Virus record (IMG/VR): IMGVR_UViG_3300025909_000005
Origin: a virus
Taxonomy: Duplodnaviria > Caudoviricetes
Reading direction: 5' to 3' (one strand)
DNA: 64,000 nt
In this document: positions 42,478 through 52,677 of the stretch, in pieces
Numbering within the stretch: position 1 is the stretch's first letter
Layout: every line of letters starts with the position of its first letter
The notes under the pieces: model-generated
Told to the model about the DNA's origin: nothing
The model's input: only the letters and a program-made list of their open reading frames with translations
Database searches by the model: none
Translations under genes and position numbers: made by a program

Positions 42478-44010
42478 ATGACCGACCGCAAGTACAAGTT
42501 CATGCAGAAGCCGTCTGTTCAGCAGTTCGGCTTCTTCGAGTGGATCATCCACGGAACCGGCTCGTGCATTCTCGAGGCGGTCGCCGGTGCTGGCAAGACC
42601 ACGACCCTGCTCGAAGCGCTCTCGATGATGAAGGGCCGGAAGTTCTTCGGTGCCTACAACAAGAAGATCGCCGAGGAGATCGCGCAACGTGCCGGTATGC
42701 TGCCTGGTCTGACCGTCCAAACGATCCACGCTGCCGGTATGAAGGCCTGGCGCGGAGTCGCAGACAAGTACATGAAGGTGGAAGGCGGCAAGTGCCGCGA
42801 CATCTTCCGCCAGATGACGTTCCGCCAGATCGAGTACGCCATCCTCGAAAGTCCGGTGCTCCAGCTCGTCTCGCTGGCCAAGCAGGCCGGCTTCGGCATC
42901 GAGACCATCCCCAACACGGACCCTGATGTTCGTGACAACTGGATGGCTCTGATCACCCACTTCAGTGTCGAGGTCTTCGATGAGAAGCGTGGTCGTGACA
43001 ACACCGACGCCATCATTGCACTCTCGAAGGAACTCTTCCAACGGTCTTCCGAGTGCTGCCGCAAGATCATCGACTTCGACGACATGATCTGGGCTCCGCT
43101 CTACTTCAACTGCTCGATCGAGAAGTTCGACTGGGTGCTGATCGACGAAGCGCAGGACACCAACGCCACCCGACGCGAGCTCGCTCTGCGGATGCTGCAC
43201 GACAAGTCACGCCTCGTCGCAGTCGGCGACCGCCACCAAGCTATCTACGGCTTCACCGGTGCGGATGCCAAGGCCCTCGACATGATCGGCGATGCAGTGA
43301 ACGCAGCTCGCATGCCGCTCACCACGACCTTCCGCTGCCCGAAGGCGGTCGTCCAGTACGCAAAGACATGGGTCAACCACATCGAAGCTCACGAGACGGC
43401 TCCTGAAGGTCTCGTTCGCCACGCACCGATCGAGGACCTCTACAAGGAAGTCAAGGTCGGCGATGCCATCCTCTGCCGCTTCAACGCGCCGCTGATCAAG
43501 TACGTCTACCAGCTGATCGCCAAGGGCATTCCTGCTCGAGTCGAAGGTCGTGAAATCGGCGACGGTCTCAAGCAGCTCGCGAACCGCTGGAAGGTCAAGA
43601 CGATCGACGCGCTGCTCGAGAAGCTGGAGGAGTTCAAGGAGCGCGAGGTCGAGAAGCTGCTGGCCAAGGACCAAGGCAAGAAGGCCCAGGACGTGGCCGA
43701 CAAGGTTGAGTGCCTGCGGATCATCATCAACCGCGTGTTGGCCAAGGGTGCTGTCACCAAACCGCCGCAACTCGCAGTCATCGAAGAGATCGACGCGATC
43801 TTCGGTGGTGATCCTGACCAGCCGGTCGTGCTGCTCTCTTCGATCCACAAGTCGAAGGGTCGTGAATGGCACAAGGTGATCTGGTTGGTCACCGGCCCGT
43901 CTGGCTTCGCTCGCCTGCCCTGGGAGCTGGAGCAGGAAGACAACCTCTGCTACGTTGCATCGACCCGTGCCAAGCACGAGCTGGTGCTGATCGAAGTCCC
44001 GAAGAACTGA
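42478..44010 (+). CDS. superfamily I (UvrD/Rep-like) DNA helicase
   Basis: AVAGAGKTT, IDEAQD, VGDRHQAIYGFTGA, TFRCP, SIHKSKGREW, YVASTRAK. Confidence 0.93.
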   Translation: MTDRKYKFMQKPSVQQFGFFEWIIHGTGSCILEAVAGAGKTTTLLEALSMMKGRKFFGAYNKKIAEEIAQRAGMLPGLTVQTIHAAGMKAWRGVADKYMKVEGGKCRDIFRQMTFRQIEYAILESPVLQLVSLAKQAGFGIETIPNTDPDVRDNWMALITHFSVEVFDEKRGRDNTDAIIALSKELFQRSSECCRKIIDFDDMIWAPLYFNCSIEKFDWVLIDEAQDTNATRRELALRMLHDKSRLVAVGDRHQAIYGFTGADAKALDMIGDAVNAARMPLTTTFRCPKAVVQYAKTWVNHIEAHETAPEGLVRHAPIEDLYKEVKVGDAILCRFNAPLIKYVYQLIAKGIPARVEGREIGDGLKQLANRWKVKTIDALLEKLEEFKEREVEKLLAKDQGKKAQDVADKVECLRIIINRVLAKGAVTKPPQLAVIEEIDAIFGGDPDQPVVLLSSIHKSKGREWHKVIWLVTGPSGFARLPWELEQEDNLCYVASTRAKHELVLIEVPKN

Positions 44011-44020
44011 AGGAACGAAC

Positions 44021-44257
44021 ATGAGTAAGAAAGTACGGGCAGATGGCCCGCCCGAACCGGTGCCAACGCACTTCGAAATCTTCCACTGGGCCGGCGGCAT
44101 CAAGGACCTGGAGCCGACGCACCCGCACCGCTCGCTTCGCCCCGTCGAGGAGTACTACGCCGTGGCTGAGCAGCTCCACAAGATGGGCTACCACGTCATG
44201 CTGATCCCGAACCGCATGTACCTGGCCGTCGACACCCGCACCTTTGGACAACGCTGA
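44021..44257 (+). CDS. hypothetical protein
   Basis: RBS AAGGA. Confidence 0.65.
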   Translation: MSKKVRADGPPEPVPTHFEIFHWAGGIKDLEPTHPHRSLRPVEEYYAVAEQLHKMGYHVMLIPNRMYLAVDTRTFGQR

Positions 44258-44258
44258 C

Positions 44259-44531
44259 ATGTCACGCATTCAAGACCTCACCATCTCCCTGCAGGGCCGC
44301 ATCTACGCGGAGGACTACTATCCCACTCTATGGGACCGCGCCCTCATGAAGCACAACTGCTCAGTCGCGACCATCGATCAACACGAGGAGTCCGACCGCA
44401 CGTGCGTCGCCCTCGCGAACACGTTCTGGGCCCTGCTGCCCGACTCTCCGGTGATCCACACGGGTCCGTTCAACGCGCTGTGCGACCTCTGCGTCGAGGA
44501 CTACCGCGAGCCTGACGACAAAGCAGTGTAA
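44259..44531 (+). CDS. hypothetical protein
   Basis: 90 aa. Confidence 0.6.
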   Translation: MSRIQDLTISLQGRIYAEDYYPTLWDRALMKHNCSVATIDQHEESDRTCVALANTFWALLPDSPVIHTGPFNALCDLCVEDYREPDDKAV

Positions 44532-44592
44532 GTTCTTCAAGTCGCTGAGGGTCAAAGCTCGGTGACACCCGCGCTGACGCCTAAATATCTTC

Positions 44593-45699
44593 ATGATGAA
44601 GATGACAAGGCGTCAGATGTGGGTCGCCTTCTGGGTGCTGTTGGTGTTGAACACCTACCTTGCCTGCAAGGTCTACGAGGGGATGTTCTACATGGAACCA
44701 ACCCCACGCTGGGTCGTACCCATCGCCTCTGAGCAGGCCCCTGAGCCAGTCATCGTTTCTCCTGCTGAGCAGATCGCAAATGAAACTGCCGAGATTCAGC
44801 GTGAGGCAAAGCGAGCCGCCGTTCTAGCTGAGGGGACTCGCTACCTGAACGGCAAGGTGCTCGCTGCGGTCATCGACTTGCACCAGCACAACAACCTGAA
44901 CCCGACCCTGCTGTCTCGATTTGAGCCGCAGATCACCGCACCTGACACGTTCGCTGCTGAGAGCGCGCTGACAGAGGCGCACACTTTTGAGAACGACCCT
45001 GAGCAGTTGAAGGTTCTTCAAGACCTGCGCAACGACCTTGACCTCATCACGAAGTATCGTGCTGACATGCAGAAGAAGCTGAATGCTGCCGACGAGAAGG
45101 CGGCACTGCAGCCTACACAGCTCGAAGAAGACACTCCTGCCTCAACGCCTGAGCCTCAGCAAGAGGAGCCTGCACCTGAGCCGGACCCAGCTCCTGTGGA
45201 TCCAACAATCCCACCTGACCTGACGCAGTCGATTCCTGACCAGCCTGCAGCTCCCGAGTACAAGGCGCCTGTCAGTCCATGGGAACGCCCACTGAACATC
45301 AGCTCTAAGGACGGTGCCTTGATTGGTGCTGTCAACCAGCGGCTGCAGGAGTACAACGACGCAGTGAAGCAAGTGAGTGACCTCATCACTTCCATTGTCG
45401 AACGTCAGAAGAGAATCGCCGATCTCAAGACCCAGCCCGCCACACCTCAGAAGAAGTACACGGGCCTGGTGTTCGTCGCCAACACGTCGAAGCTTGCAGT
45501 GAATGACCAGCTCTTCGAGTGCAAGTTTGGTCTCCTGTTCTGCGACTACGTCGGCACAGTAACCGGTCTTCGAACCCAACCAATTGAGTCACAGTCGCCG
45601 TGGAGTGGTGGTAAAATGAATGGATACGCTGCTGAGGTGGAGTTCACCAAGCCGCAGGCCCAACATCAACCTATCCTCTTCATCTACGAGCCTCTATGA
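44593..45699 (+). CDS. membrane-anchored late protein (coiled coils, Pro-rich linker, C-terminal domain)
   Basis: late promoter 44582, N-terminal TM helix. Confidence 0.75.
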   Translation: MMKMTRRQMWVAFWVLLVLNTYLACKVYEGMFYMEPTPRWVVPIASEQAPEPVIVSPAEQIANETAEIQREAKRAAVLAEGTRYLNGKVLAAVIDLHQHNNLNPTLLSRFEPQITAPDTFAAESALTEAHTFENDPEQLKVLQDLRNDLDLITKYRADMQKKLNAADEKAALQPTQLEEDTPASTPEPQQEEPAPEPDPAPVDPTIPPDLTQSIPDQPAAPEYKAPVSPWERPLNISSKDGALIGAVNQRLQEYNDAVKQVSDLITSIVERQKRIADLKTQPATPQKKYTGLVFVANTSKLAVNDQLFECKFGLLFCDYVGTVTGLRTQPIESQSPWSGGKMNGYAAEVEFTKPQAQHQPILFIYEPL

Positions 45700-46295
45700 T
45701 CCATTCTCCCTTCTTTCGTGAGGAGGGTGCCCGCGTTTCCGATCAGGTCGAAGTCTGCCCTGGTGTTCGGATGGGTGCCCACTCCTACATGAACGGTGGC
45801 CGCATCAACAGCGGCTCGTACATCGGTCGGTACTGTTCGATCGGCTACAGCGTCACGATCGGCGTGGGTCACCACGACAAGGACCTCATGTCCACGTCTC
45901 CTTGGTTCAACTCGGAGAAAGGTCCGACCGTTAGGCACGTAGGTGATGACCAGTCCGTTCGAGTCGTGATCAAGAACGACGTGTGGATTGGCGATGGCGT
46001 CATCATCCTGAATGGAGTCACCATCGGAAATGGTGCCGTGATCGGCGCAGGCGCGGTCGTCACACACGACATTCCTGACTACGCGATTGCCATCGGCGTG
46101 CCCGCGAAGATCTACGAGATGCGGTTCGACCCACCAACCATCGAGCGGCTGCTCAAGCTGAAGTGGTGGGACATCGACCCGTCTGCCCTGAAGAGCCGCC
46201 CTCTTCACTTCACCGATGAAGACATCGCGTACTGGGAACTCCAGTCGATGGACAACCCAGCTCTTCGACCAAAGTTCGCTCTCGAAAAGAGCTGA
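45696..46295 (+). CDS. hexapeptide-repeat O-acetyltransferase (CatB/Vat-related)
   Basis: [46 protein letters not shown]. Confidence 0.85.
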   Translation: MIHSPFFREEGARVSDQVEVCPGVRMGAHSYMNGGRINSGSYIGRYCSIGYSVTIGVGHHDKDLMSTSPWFNSEKGPTVRHVGDDQSVRVVIKNDVWIGDGVIILNGVTIGNGAVIGAGAVVTHDIPDYAIAIGVPAKIYEMRFDPPTIERLLKLKWWDIDPSALKSRPLHFTDEDIAYWELQSMDNPALRPKFALEKS

Positions 46296-46329
46296 GAACA
46301 AGTTACAATTGCTCTTTACGGAGAGCACT

Positions 46330-47001
46330 GTGGCACGCGATCACCTTTTCACTGGCGAAACCTGGCTCAAGGAGCAGAAGCTCATTCAGCCAGAAGAGCT
46401 GCGTTCGACCCCGATCAAGTACGTCTTCTTGGACATTGATGGCGTGCTGAACTCTTCGGGCTCATGCCTCGTGAAGACTGGTCCGATTCGTGACTCGATT
46501 CAAATGGAGAGCTTTCAGCACCTCCACATGGTCTGGGCTGATGAGGACTTCCAGCTCGACTACCGGAAGCAGGACACGATCGACACCGCGGATCCGACTG
46601 CCGTTGCGTTGATGACGCGGCTGCTCGTCAAGGGCCACTGCAAGCTGGTCATGAGCTCCTCGCACCGCTACTCCTTCCGAGATCACCCACGTCTACCGTG
46701 CGGTTATAACTCAAAGGAGCACCGCGTCTGGCTGGCCCTGTACCTCCAGGCCATGGGCCTGGGCTTCTTTGGTGAGCTCGACATCACACCTGACCTTCAC
46801 TGCGAGCGCGGCCATGAGGTCGACATGTACATTGAAAATGTGCTCCAAGACGGTGATAAATACGTGATCATCGATGATGGTGCAGATTTCTTCTCGCACC
46901 AGAACCTGGTGAAGACAGATCCCACGGTCGGTTTCACGCACACGAACTACCTCGAGTGCTGCAAGATCCTGGGTATCGACGAGTCCTCACTCATCTACTA
47001 G
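46330..47001 (+). CDS. HAD-superfamily (Swiss-Army-knife RNA-repair-like) phosphatase; ends in TAG
   Basis: FLDIDGVLNS, SSSHR, YVIIDD. Confidence 0.75.
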   Translation: MARDHLFTGETWLKEQKLIQPEELRSTPIKYVFLDIDGVLNSSGSCLVKTGPIRDSIQMESFQHLHMVWADEDFQLDYRKQDTIDTADPTAVALMTRLLVKGHCKLVMSSSHRYSFRDHPRLPCGYNSKEHRVWLALYLQAMGLGFFGELDITPDLHCERGHEVDMYIENVLQDGDKYVIIDDGADFFSHQNLVKTDPTVGFTHTNYLECCKILGIDESSLIY

Positions 47002-47008
47002 GAATCAC

Positions 47009-47248
47009 ATGGACATCATTCAACCCGGCGACGTCGTTCAGCTCCGCTCTGGCAGCCCAAACATGACAGTCGTGAATGCGAACGATGGCTTCGCAACCCT
47101 CGTCTACTACAACACGCTCAATGGAATCATCTGCTCTGTGAGCACGCGTGTGGAGACCCTGCGCCACGCCACCGAACGTCCCATCAACCCTGCCGATCAA
47201 GCCCAACTGCGGAACACCGGCGTCCTTGCGAAGTCGAGCCTGTCATGA
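47009..47248 (+). CDS. YodC/DUF2158-like protein
   Basis: PGDVVQLRSGSPNMTV. Confidence 0.7.
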   Translation: MDIIQPGDVVQLRSGSPNMTVVNANDGFATLVYYNTLNGIICSVSTRVETLRHATERPINPADQAQLRNTGVLAKSSLS

Positions 47249-47475
47249 AGAAGCTTTCCGACAAGAAGAAGGTAGAGCTGTTCGAAGGGGTCTGTGGCCG
47301 CCTGAACTACCACTACACCATCACTGGCAGCGAGAAGGCCCGTCAGCGCATCTCTGACGAACTGTCGAACTACGCAGCTCTCACGAAGATGGTGAAGGCC
47401 GCTCAAGGCACGCCGAAGGCAGAACAGTACGAAGCTGACCTGACGAAGTGCATCGAAACCTTGAAGGCACTCTGA
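47245..47475 (+). CDS. hypothetical protein
   Basis: ATGA overlap. Confidence 0.65.
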   Translation: MKKLSDKKKVELFEGVCGRLNYHYTITGSEKARQRISDELSNYAALTKMVKAAQGTPKAEQYEADLTKCIETLKAL

Positions 47476-47666
47476 TGGGCAAGCTCATCTGGACCTACCA
47501 GCCACCAGCTCACTACGGTGAAGATGCATGGCCACGTACGGTCTCGCTGCCCTACACCATCGATCCCAACAACTTCACTGCCAACTTCACCGTCAGCATG
47601 GAAGCCCTGCAGGACATCGTCTCCCTGATCCAAAGCTACGGCGTCAACATCAAGATTCAAGAATGA
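47475..47666 (+). CDS. hypothetical protein
   Basis: TGATG overlap. Confidence 0.55.
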   Translation: MGKLIWTYQPPAHYGEDAWPRTVSLPYTIDPNNFTANFTVSMEALQDIVSLIQSYGVNIKIQE

Positions 47667-47941
47667 ACTTCCGTCCACTACAGAACTACGTCCTCGTTGA
47701 GCGCGATGAGGACAAGCAGGTCTCCTCGATCATCTCCATGATCAAGCAAGAGAAGGCCGATCGAGGTACCGTCATCGCTGTCGGTCCAGGAAAGAGGAAC
47801 CCGAAGGGTGAGCTCGTCCCGACCGTCGTGCAGGCGGGTGACCGCGTTGTCTTCCAGAAGTACGGTGGCCAGATCGTGAAGGTCGAAGGCCAGGAGTTCT
47901 TCCTTGTTCGCGAAGAAGAGATCTTCGCCGTTCTACGATGA
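47663..47941 (+). CDS. groES: co-chaperonin GroES
   Basis: FRPLQNYVLV, GTVIAVGPG, GDRVVFQKYGG, VREEEIFAV. Confidence 0.92.
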   Translation: MNFRPLQNYVLVERDEDKQVSSIISMIKQEKADRGTVIAVGPGKRNPKGELVPTVVQAGDRVVFQKYGGQIVKVEGQEFFLVREEEIFAVLR

Positions 47942-48171
47942 GCTCGTTCAACGACATCACTGGCCAGCAGATGAAGACGAAGGCCAGCACAGATGCCTAC
48001 CGCGATGGGTGGGACACGATCTTCGGCAAGAAGAAGGAGCCTGTGAAGATCTCACTTGACGGCATCGAGACGGTCACGCCTGAGATGCGGAAGCAGATGG
48101 AAGAAGCTGCTCGTCAACCTGACCATCGCCAACAGGAAGCACTGCCTGTTCCAAAGGACGAGCAAGAGTGA
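47938..48171 (+). CDS. hypothetical phage protein
   Basis: NDITG...YRDGWDTIFGKK. Confidence 0.65.
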   Translation: MSSFNDITGQQMKTKASTDAYRDGWDTIFGKKKEPVKISLDGIETVTPEMRKQMEEAARQPDHRQQEALPVPKDEQE

Positions 48172-48183
48172 TATAATGGTCGT

Positions 48184-48432
48184 ATGACTAAGCTCTACGA
48201 CCCCAACGTCTTCCACGTTCATGTGTTTGTCGACTACGGCATGCACATCGAGGTGACGCACCTTCCAACCGGCAAGGAGAAGAAGTTCTTCATCGCTGTG
48301 GCGGGTGAAGAGGAGTTCGTTCCGATCTACGAGCGCCACATGGACTCCCTGACCGACGACTTGCTCCTGCAGTGGTTCGAGCCGAAGGGCGGCAAGCCCA
48401 AGAAGGAAAAGAAGAATGTCAGCCAAGCGTAA
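48184..48432 (+). CDS. hypothetical protein
   Basis: near-leaderless after TATAAT 48172. Confidence 0.65.
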   Translation: MTKLYDPNVFHVHVFVDYGMHIEVTHLPTGKEKKFFIAVAGEEEFVPIYERHMDSLTDDLLLQWFEPKGGKPKKEKKNVSQA

Positions 48433-48685
48433 GCTTGTCTACGTCATCGTCGACCGTGACAACGAAGGTCGCGCTCCGATTCGGGGCATCTACCTGAGTT
48501 GGAAGAAGGCGCTGCAGGCACTCGACAAGATGGGCAGGTCTGACAACTACTACTACGGCAACCACATTGACGTGCACGAAGTTGGTGGTCAGATCGTCGT
48601 GTGTTGCGCGGATGAAGCGCCGTACAACCATGAGACCAAGAGGCGAGATGGGCCGATGTGGCAACCATCAAAGGCCCTGCGATAA
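48416..48685 (+). CDS. hypothetical protein
   Basis: 89 aa. Confidence 0.6.
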   Translation: MSAKRKLVYVIVDRDNEGRAPIRGIYLSWKKALQALDKMGRSDNYYYGNHIDVHEVGGQIVVCCADEAPYNHETKRRDGPMWQPSKALR

Positions 48686-48770
48686 ATACCAAGTGCATCT
48701 TACAGGTTCATCAGGCCCATCGCGTATGGGATTTGGAGGAAACCTGCGGGGAGGTGAGAAGCCTTCCTAT

Positions 48771-48847
48771 GCGACTGTAGTTCAACTGGATAGAATGCGG
48801 GCCTCCTAAGCCTGAGGTTGTGGGTTCGAACCCCGCCAGTCGCACCA
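48771..48847 (+). tRNA. tRNA-Arg(CCT), isolated
   Basis: canonical cloverleaf, loop CTCCTAA, CCA. Confidence 0.92.
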
Positions 48848-48883
48848 GTTTACTTTTGTCCCGGCCTATGGTATAATGGGCCT

Positions 48884-49072
48884 ATGGACAAAGAGCTCCC
48901 TCCGAAAAAGATGCCCGAGTGCTGCGACTTTGCAGCAGCGAAGGCCAAGCATCCCGAATGGGACTCTCTCACGACGCGCAAGAAGAACGCGCTGGCTCGT
49001 GATGAGATGTTTCACCGCGAATACCACGCACTAGCATGCGCGATCATGCAAACTGGGAGCAACCGTGGCTGA
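48884..49072 (+). CDS. hypothetical protein
   Basis: near-leaderless after TTTACT-17-TATAAT. Confidence 0.55.
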   Translation: MDKELPPKKMPECCDFAAAKAKHPEWDSLTTRKKNALARDEMFHREYHALACAIMQTGSNRG

Positions 49073-49397
49073 CGCCATCGCCCTTTGGGAAATCCTCGTC
49101 CCCACTGAAATCCGCCAGCAGCCTGGCAAGGTGTACCGCACCCGCTACCACCGCGTGTGGGATGCCAAGGTTCGCGCCATCACCGGCGGCCTGACGATTC
49201 TACCGCCTGCCAAGGGCCAGTGGATCTCGCCAGACGACGAACTCTTCATCGAACGTATGATCCCGGTTCGCATCGCCTGCACGCGCGAGCAGATCGACAA
49301 GATCATCGACATGACGCTGGTCTACTACGACCAGCTCGCTGTCCTCTGCTACAAGATCAGCGAGGAAGTCATCATCAAGCACCGTGAGGTCAAGTAA
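49065..49397 (+). CDS. conserved-looking phage protein
   Basis: WEILVP...WDAKVRAITGGLTI...GQW...ERMIPVRIAC. Confidence 0.7.
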   Translation: MADAIALWEILVPTEIRQQPGKVYRTRYHRVWDAKVRAITGGLTILPPAKGQWISPDDELFIERMIPVRIACTREQIDKIIDMTLVYYDQLAVLCYKISEEVIIKHREVK

Positions 49398-49618
49398 TGG
49401 ATTGGATGAAGTTTCTCCACATCGCCGTCTGGACGTTCGCCATTGGCGTTACGATCATCACCGTGCTCTCGCTGGCCTTCTTCGCGTGGCGCGAGTTCAC
49501 CACCGAGGGTCGGCTGGACAAGGCCCTCGATGCACTCAAGGGCCGGGTCTACAGCTTCCGGATGTCACTTCTCGTCTACACCGTCTTTGCGTGGATCGCA
49601 GTGGCTTGCCTGCGCTGA
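49397..49618 (+). CDS. small membrane protein
   Basis: two TM helices. Confidence 0.6.
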   Translation: MDWMKFLHIAVWTFAIGVTIITVLSLAFFAWREFTTEGRLDKALDALKGRVYSFRMSLLVYTVFAWIAVACLR

Positions 49619-50179
49619 GCGCACCAGGTGACCGTGAATCAGCTGCATTGAGATGTCATCACCGACGATGCAGACCGTCAGGTCTGAGTCAGGCGTGACC
49701 TGACGTGAGTCGCGCTGGCCAAGCACCCGCTCTGCGATCTTCTTGAGGAAGTCTAGAGCACCGTGACGTTCATGCTCGGGGACCAGACGAAGGTTCCTCG
49801 ATTCGATGAACAGGACTGGCTTGCCAAGTACAGGATTCCAGTCTCGGTTGCACTCGCGCTCAACAGTGTCAATCACGAACTGAGCGATCGCCTCGCTGCG
49901 GTTCTGGTGACGGTGCTCAGGGAAAACCTCAATGTGCTCGAGTGAGATCGTGCGGCGTTCCACACCGTCGGCGAAGAACTGGTAGGCTGAGAACTTGCTC
50001 TTACCGATCAGCACACCACGGTGAACCATGTGCAGGTCCCAGTGACGGTTGCGCCAATCGAGCTTGTGGAGGTGAAGTGCTGGAAAGTTGAAGTCGAGGT
50101 TCGTTACGACACCATCATCCTCGCCTGCCGGAGCAATGACGATGTCCACTCCATCCTTGTCGTAGATCAGGTCCATCAT
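49565..50179 (-). CDS. hypothetical late protein
   Basis: coupled downstream of the glycosyltransferase. Confidence 0.6.
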   Translation of the reverse strand: MMDLIYDKDGVDIVIAPAGEDDGVVTNLDFNFPALHLHKLDWRNRHWDLHMVHRGVLIGKSKFSAYQFFADGVERRTISLEHIEVFPEHRHQNRSEAIAQFVIDTVERECNRDWNPVLGKPVLFIESRNLRLVPEHERHGALDFLKKIAERVLGQRDSRQVTPDSDLTVCIVGDDISMQLIHGHLVRSAQASHCDPRKDGVDEK

Positions 50180-51222
50180 GCCTCCAAGTAGTTGAGCCAG
50201 CGGCGACGAGAAGCAGATGCGTAGATCGACAGACCGGCGCGGTTGTTGTGGATGAAGAACTTCTTGTTGCTCATGATGAGCTCAAGCTTGCGCAGGCAGT
50301 CACCGACAGATTGAGGGTCGCCGTACGTTGGGTAGGCCCAAGAAATCTCCTTCGAGACGATGATTGGGCGGCCAACGAGGGTGGCATCGGCGGCGACGAT
50401 GTTGAACGTCTCGGAGATGGAGAGCTGCATGAGCAGGTCAACCTGTGACAGAGAGTTCAGGAAGGTCTCGCGATCTTCCCAGTCATGTACGATAAGCTCA
50501 GCACCGGCGTTGGACAGCAGCGAGGTAACGTTCCGAGATACTGGAGCGCCACCTGAGTCCATGCGGCCATTGGTGTGGAAGCGGAGCTGCTTGCCCTGCT
50601 TCTCTGCAAACTCGAGAGCAATGAAGGCCTGCTGAAGCTGGTTCTTCAGAGGACGGAAGGCGCCGAAGCAGGCGATGTCCAGGTGATCCTTTGCCGATGT
50701 GTCGAGGTTTTGGATGGGAAACGGAGAGTAGTCAACCGGGTAGCAGTTCGGCAGGTACACGACGTTGTTGGTGTTGCCGAGCATCTTCTTCGACAGCCAT
50801 GAGATCTGCTCATGGGCGCGAGGAGCGTTCGGTGAAACGATAACGCCCTGCTGCAGGTACTGGGCAATCCAATCCATCGCAATTCCTTCTGTCGCGATGA
50901 ACGGAATTTCGGAGTGAATGCGAACGTGCCAGTTGACAGCTTGGTGGCGCTGAATACGCAGCAGCTCGGTGAACTTGGCAGGGGTAACCCACAGACCTTC
51001 GATGAAGACGTCTGTTGGTTGGTAGGCGGTTACAACACGGTCGATGTCGTTGGCGTCGATGACCAGTTCAATCTCGGCTTCTCGGCCGGCAGCATTGAGC
51101 TCATCGACAACGAACTTAGCCGAGTTCCACATGCCTGTAGCGATCTGATAGGAGCCCGAGTAGCTCGGGTCCTGCGAGTAATCCTCGCGACGCTTCAAGA
51201 TGAAGAGGGAACGGGTGGTCAT
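50176..51222 (-). CDS. GT-B (family 1/4-like) glycosyltransferase
   Basis: IACFGAFRPLKNQ, SISETFNIVAADA..VGRPIIVS; minus-strand late promoter TAAATA at 51250-51255. Confidence 0.78.
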   Translation of the reverse strand: MTTRSLFILKRREDYSQDPSYSGSYQIATGMWNSAKFVVDELNAAGREAEIELVIDANDIDRVVTAYQPTDVFIEGLWVTPAKFTELLRIQRHQAVNWHVRIHSEIPFIATEGIAMDWIAQYLQQGVIVSPNAPRAHEQISWLSKKMLGNTNNVVYLPNCYPVDYSPFPIQNLDTSAKDHLDIACFGAFRPLKNQLQQAFIALEFAEKQGKQLRFHTNGRMDSGGAPVSRNVTSLLSNAGAELIVHDWEDRETFLNSLSQVDLLMQLSISETFNIVAADATLVGRPIIVSKEISWAYPTYGDPQSVGDCLRKLELIMSNKKFFIHNNRAGLSIYASASRRRWLNYLEA

Positions 51223-51332
51223 TTGTAGGGGTCTCCAGGTGGTCTGGCCTATTTATGGGCTGACCTAAAGCCAGGATGAGTTATGAGTCTGGGCATTGTA
51301 GAATGAGCTTACACGTAACAATGGAGTGTATC

Positions 51333-51947
51333 TTGGAACTTTTTGGATTTGTAGTTGGCACCTGGACACTTGCGGTCTTCGCACTGTTCTTCGTTGCCAT
51401 GGTCATCGGAACGATGTTCGACCGCACCCACGCGGAAGCACCAAAGTGGTGGATCTTCTCAGCAGGGTTGGTCGCTTTCCTGATCTGGCAGTACAACAAC
51501 GGTGCAACCTGGCGTGACCTGCTCGTCATTCCCTGGGGCCACATCGTCTGCTACGCCCTGATCGGCGTCGCCTACTCCGTTGTCGAGTTCCTGATCGAGC
51601 TGCGCCGTTCGAAGCGCTACTGGTCAAAGGAGTGGTCTGACTACCTGAAGAACGCCAAGGAAGATCAAGCAACGATCGTTCGTGACTTCGTGAGCCGCTT
51701 CGGTGGCAACCAGTACCGCATCATCGGTGTGGTCTCGTCAGCAGACAAGAAGGCAATCGAACCTCGCGTGAACCGCAAGCAGCTCGCAGAGAACGTGGGC
51801 TGCTGGACGATCTTCTGGCCGTTCTACCTCGTCAGCCTCGTCCTTGGTGACCTGCTCCGTGAGTTCTTCCGTGCTGTCGCCGACTTCATCGCCTCGATCT
51901 CTGGTCGTCTCGTTCGCGTGACGTTCAAGGACGTCTTCAAGTTCTGA
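51333..51947 (+). CDS. membrane protein
   Basis: TTG start after GGAG; four TM segments. Confidence 0.7.
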   Translation: MELFGFVVGTWTLAVFALFFVAMVIGTMFDRTHAEAPKWWIFSAGLVAFLIWQYNNGATWRDLLVIPWGHIVCYALIGVAYSVVEFLIELRRSKRYWSKEWSDYLKNAKEDQATIVRDFVSRFGGNQYRIIGVVSSADKKAIEPRVNRKQLAENVGCWTIFWPFYLVSLVLGDLLREFFRAVADFIASISGRLVRVTFKDVFKF

Positions 51948-51949
51948 TC

Positions 51950-52144
51950 ATGTTTCCTACAGACTACCGCCTCGTCGAGCGTGCACTTCAAGCAAGCTAC
52001 AAGCTGCGGGGCCTGCAGGAAATCCTCAAGCTCTTGAAGGATTTCCTCAGCCGTGGAACCATCGAGGACTTTGCAGCAGATCCATTAGGGATCGCTGTGA
52101 AGTTTCCCGATGAGGACGACTTCAACTACATCTCACTGACATGA
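51950..52144 (+). CDS. hypothetical protein
   Basis: 64 aa. Confidence 0.55.
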   Translation: MFPTDYRLVERALQASYKLRGLQEILKLLKDFLSRGTIEDFAADPLGIAVKFPDEDDFNYISLT

Positions 52145-52662
52145 AAATCACAGACACCCAGGTCCTCTTCTGGCGGACCGCTGACATCTACTCCAACTGG
52201 CACCCAAGCGAGTTCACTCTCCCGTACTCGTTCGATGTCGATGTCAAGGGGTTTGTCTTTGACAACGCAGAGCAGGCGCTGATGTTCTACAAGGCCCAGA
52301 TGATGGGCGATGAAGAGACGTCACTGAAGATCTTGGCGGCCAAGGGGCAACACCCGAACGTGGTGAAGCAGCTTGGCCGCCAGGTGAAGAACTGGAATGA
52401 GAAGATGTGGGTGGCGGGCCGCGAGCAGGTCATGGTGGAGATTCTCGTTGAGAAGTTTCACCAGAACCCGAATCTTGAGGACCAACTCCTTGCGACCGGC
52501 ACCCGTCGCATTGTTGAGGCCTCGCCCGTTGACAAGATCTGGGGCATTGGATTGGAAGAGAACGACCCACGCTGCGCTGACGAAAGCCAGTGGCAGGGGT
52601 TGAACCTACTAGGAGATACGCTCGAAAAGACGCGCAGCATTCTCCTTCAGTGGCCCGCATGA
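52141..52662 (+). CDS. NADAR (YbiA-like) protein
   Basis: YSNWHPS, AEQALMFYKA, LGRQV, KFHQN, EASPVDKIWGIG, GLNLLG. Confidence 0.9.
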   Translation: MKITDTQVLFWRTADIYSNWHPSEFTLPYSFDVDVKGFVFDNAEQALMFYKAQMMGDEETSLKILAAKGQHPNVVKQLGRQVKNWNEKMWVAGREQVMVEILVEKFHQNPNLEDQLLATGTRRIVEASPVDKIWGIGLEENDPRCADESQWQGLNLLGDTLEKTRSILLQWPA

Positions 52663-52677
52663 TACAATAGAACAGTA

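Noticed and set aside
45696-46295. Antibiotic resistance gene (catB/vat)
   Set aside because: Only fold-level similarity to hexapeptide acetyltransferases. The late-operon context points to another substrate.
46999-47475. Readthrough fusions after the TAG stops at 46999 and 42284
   Set aside because: The frames do continue into downstream ORFs, but each TAG overlaps the next gene's RBS (TAGGA) and the upstream domains look complete, so this is probably incidental.
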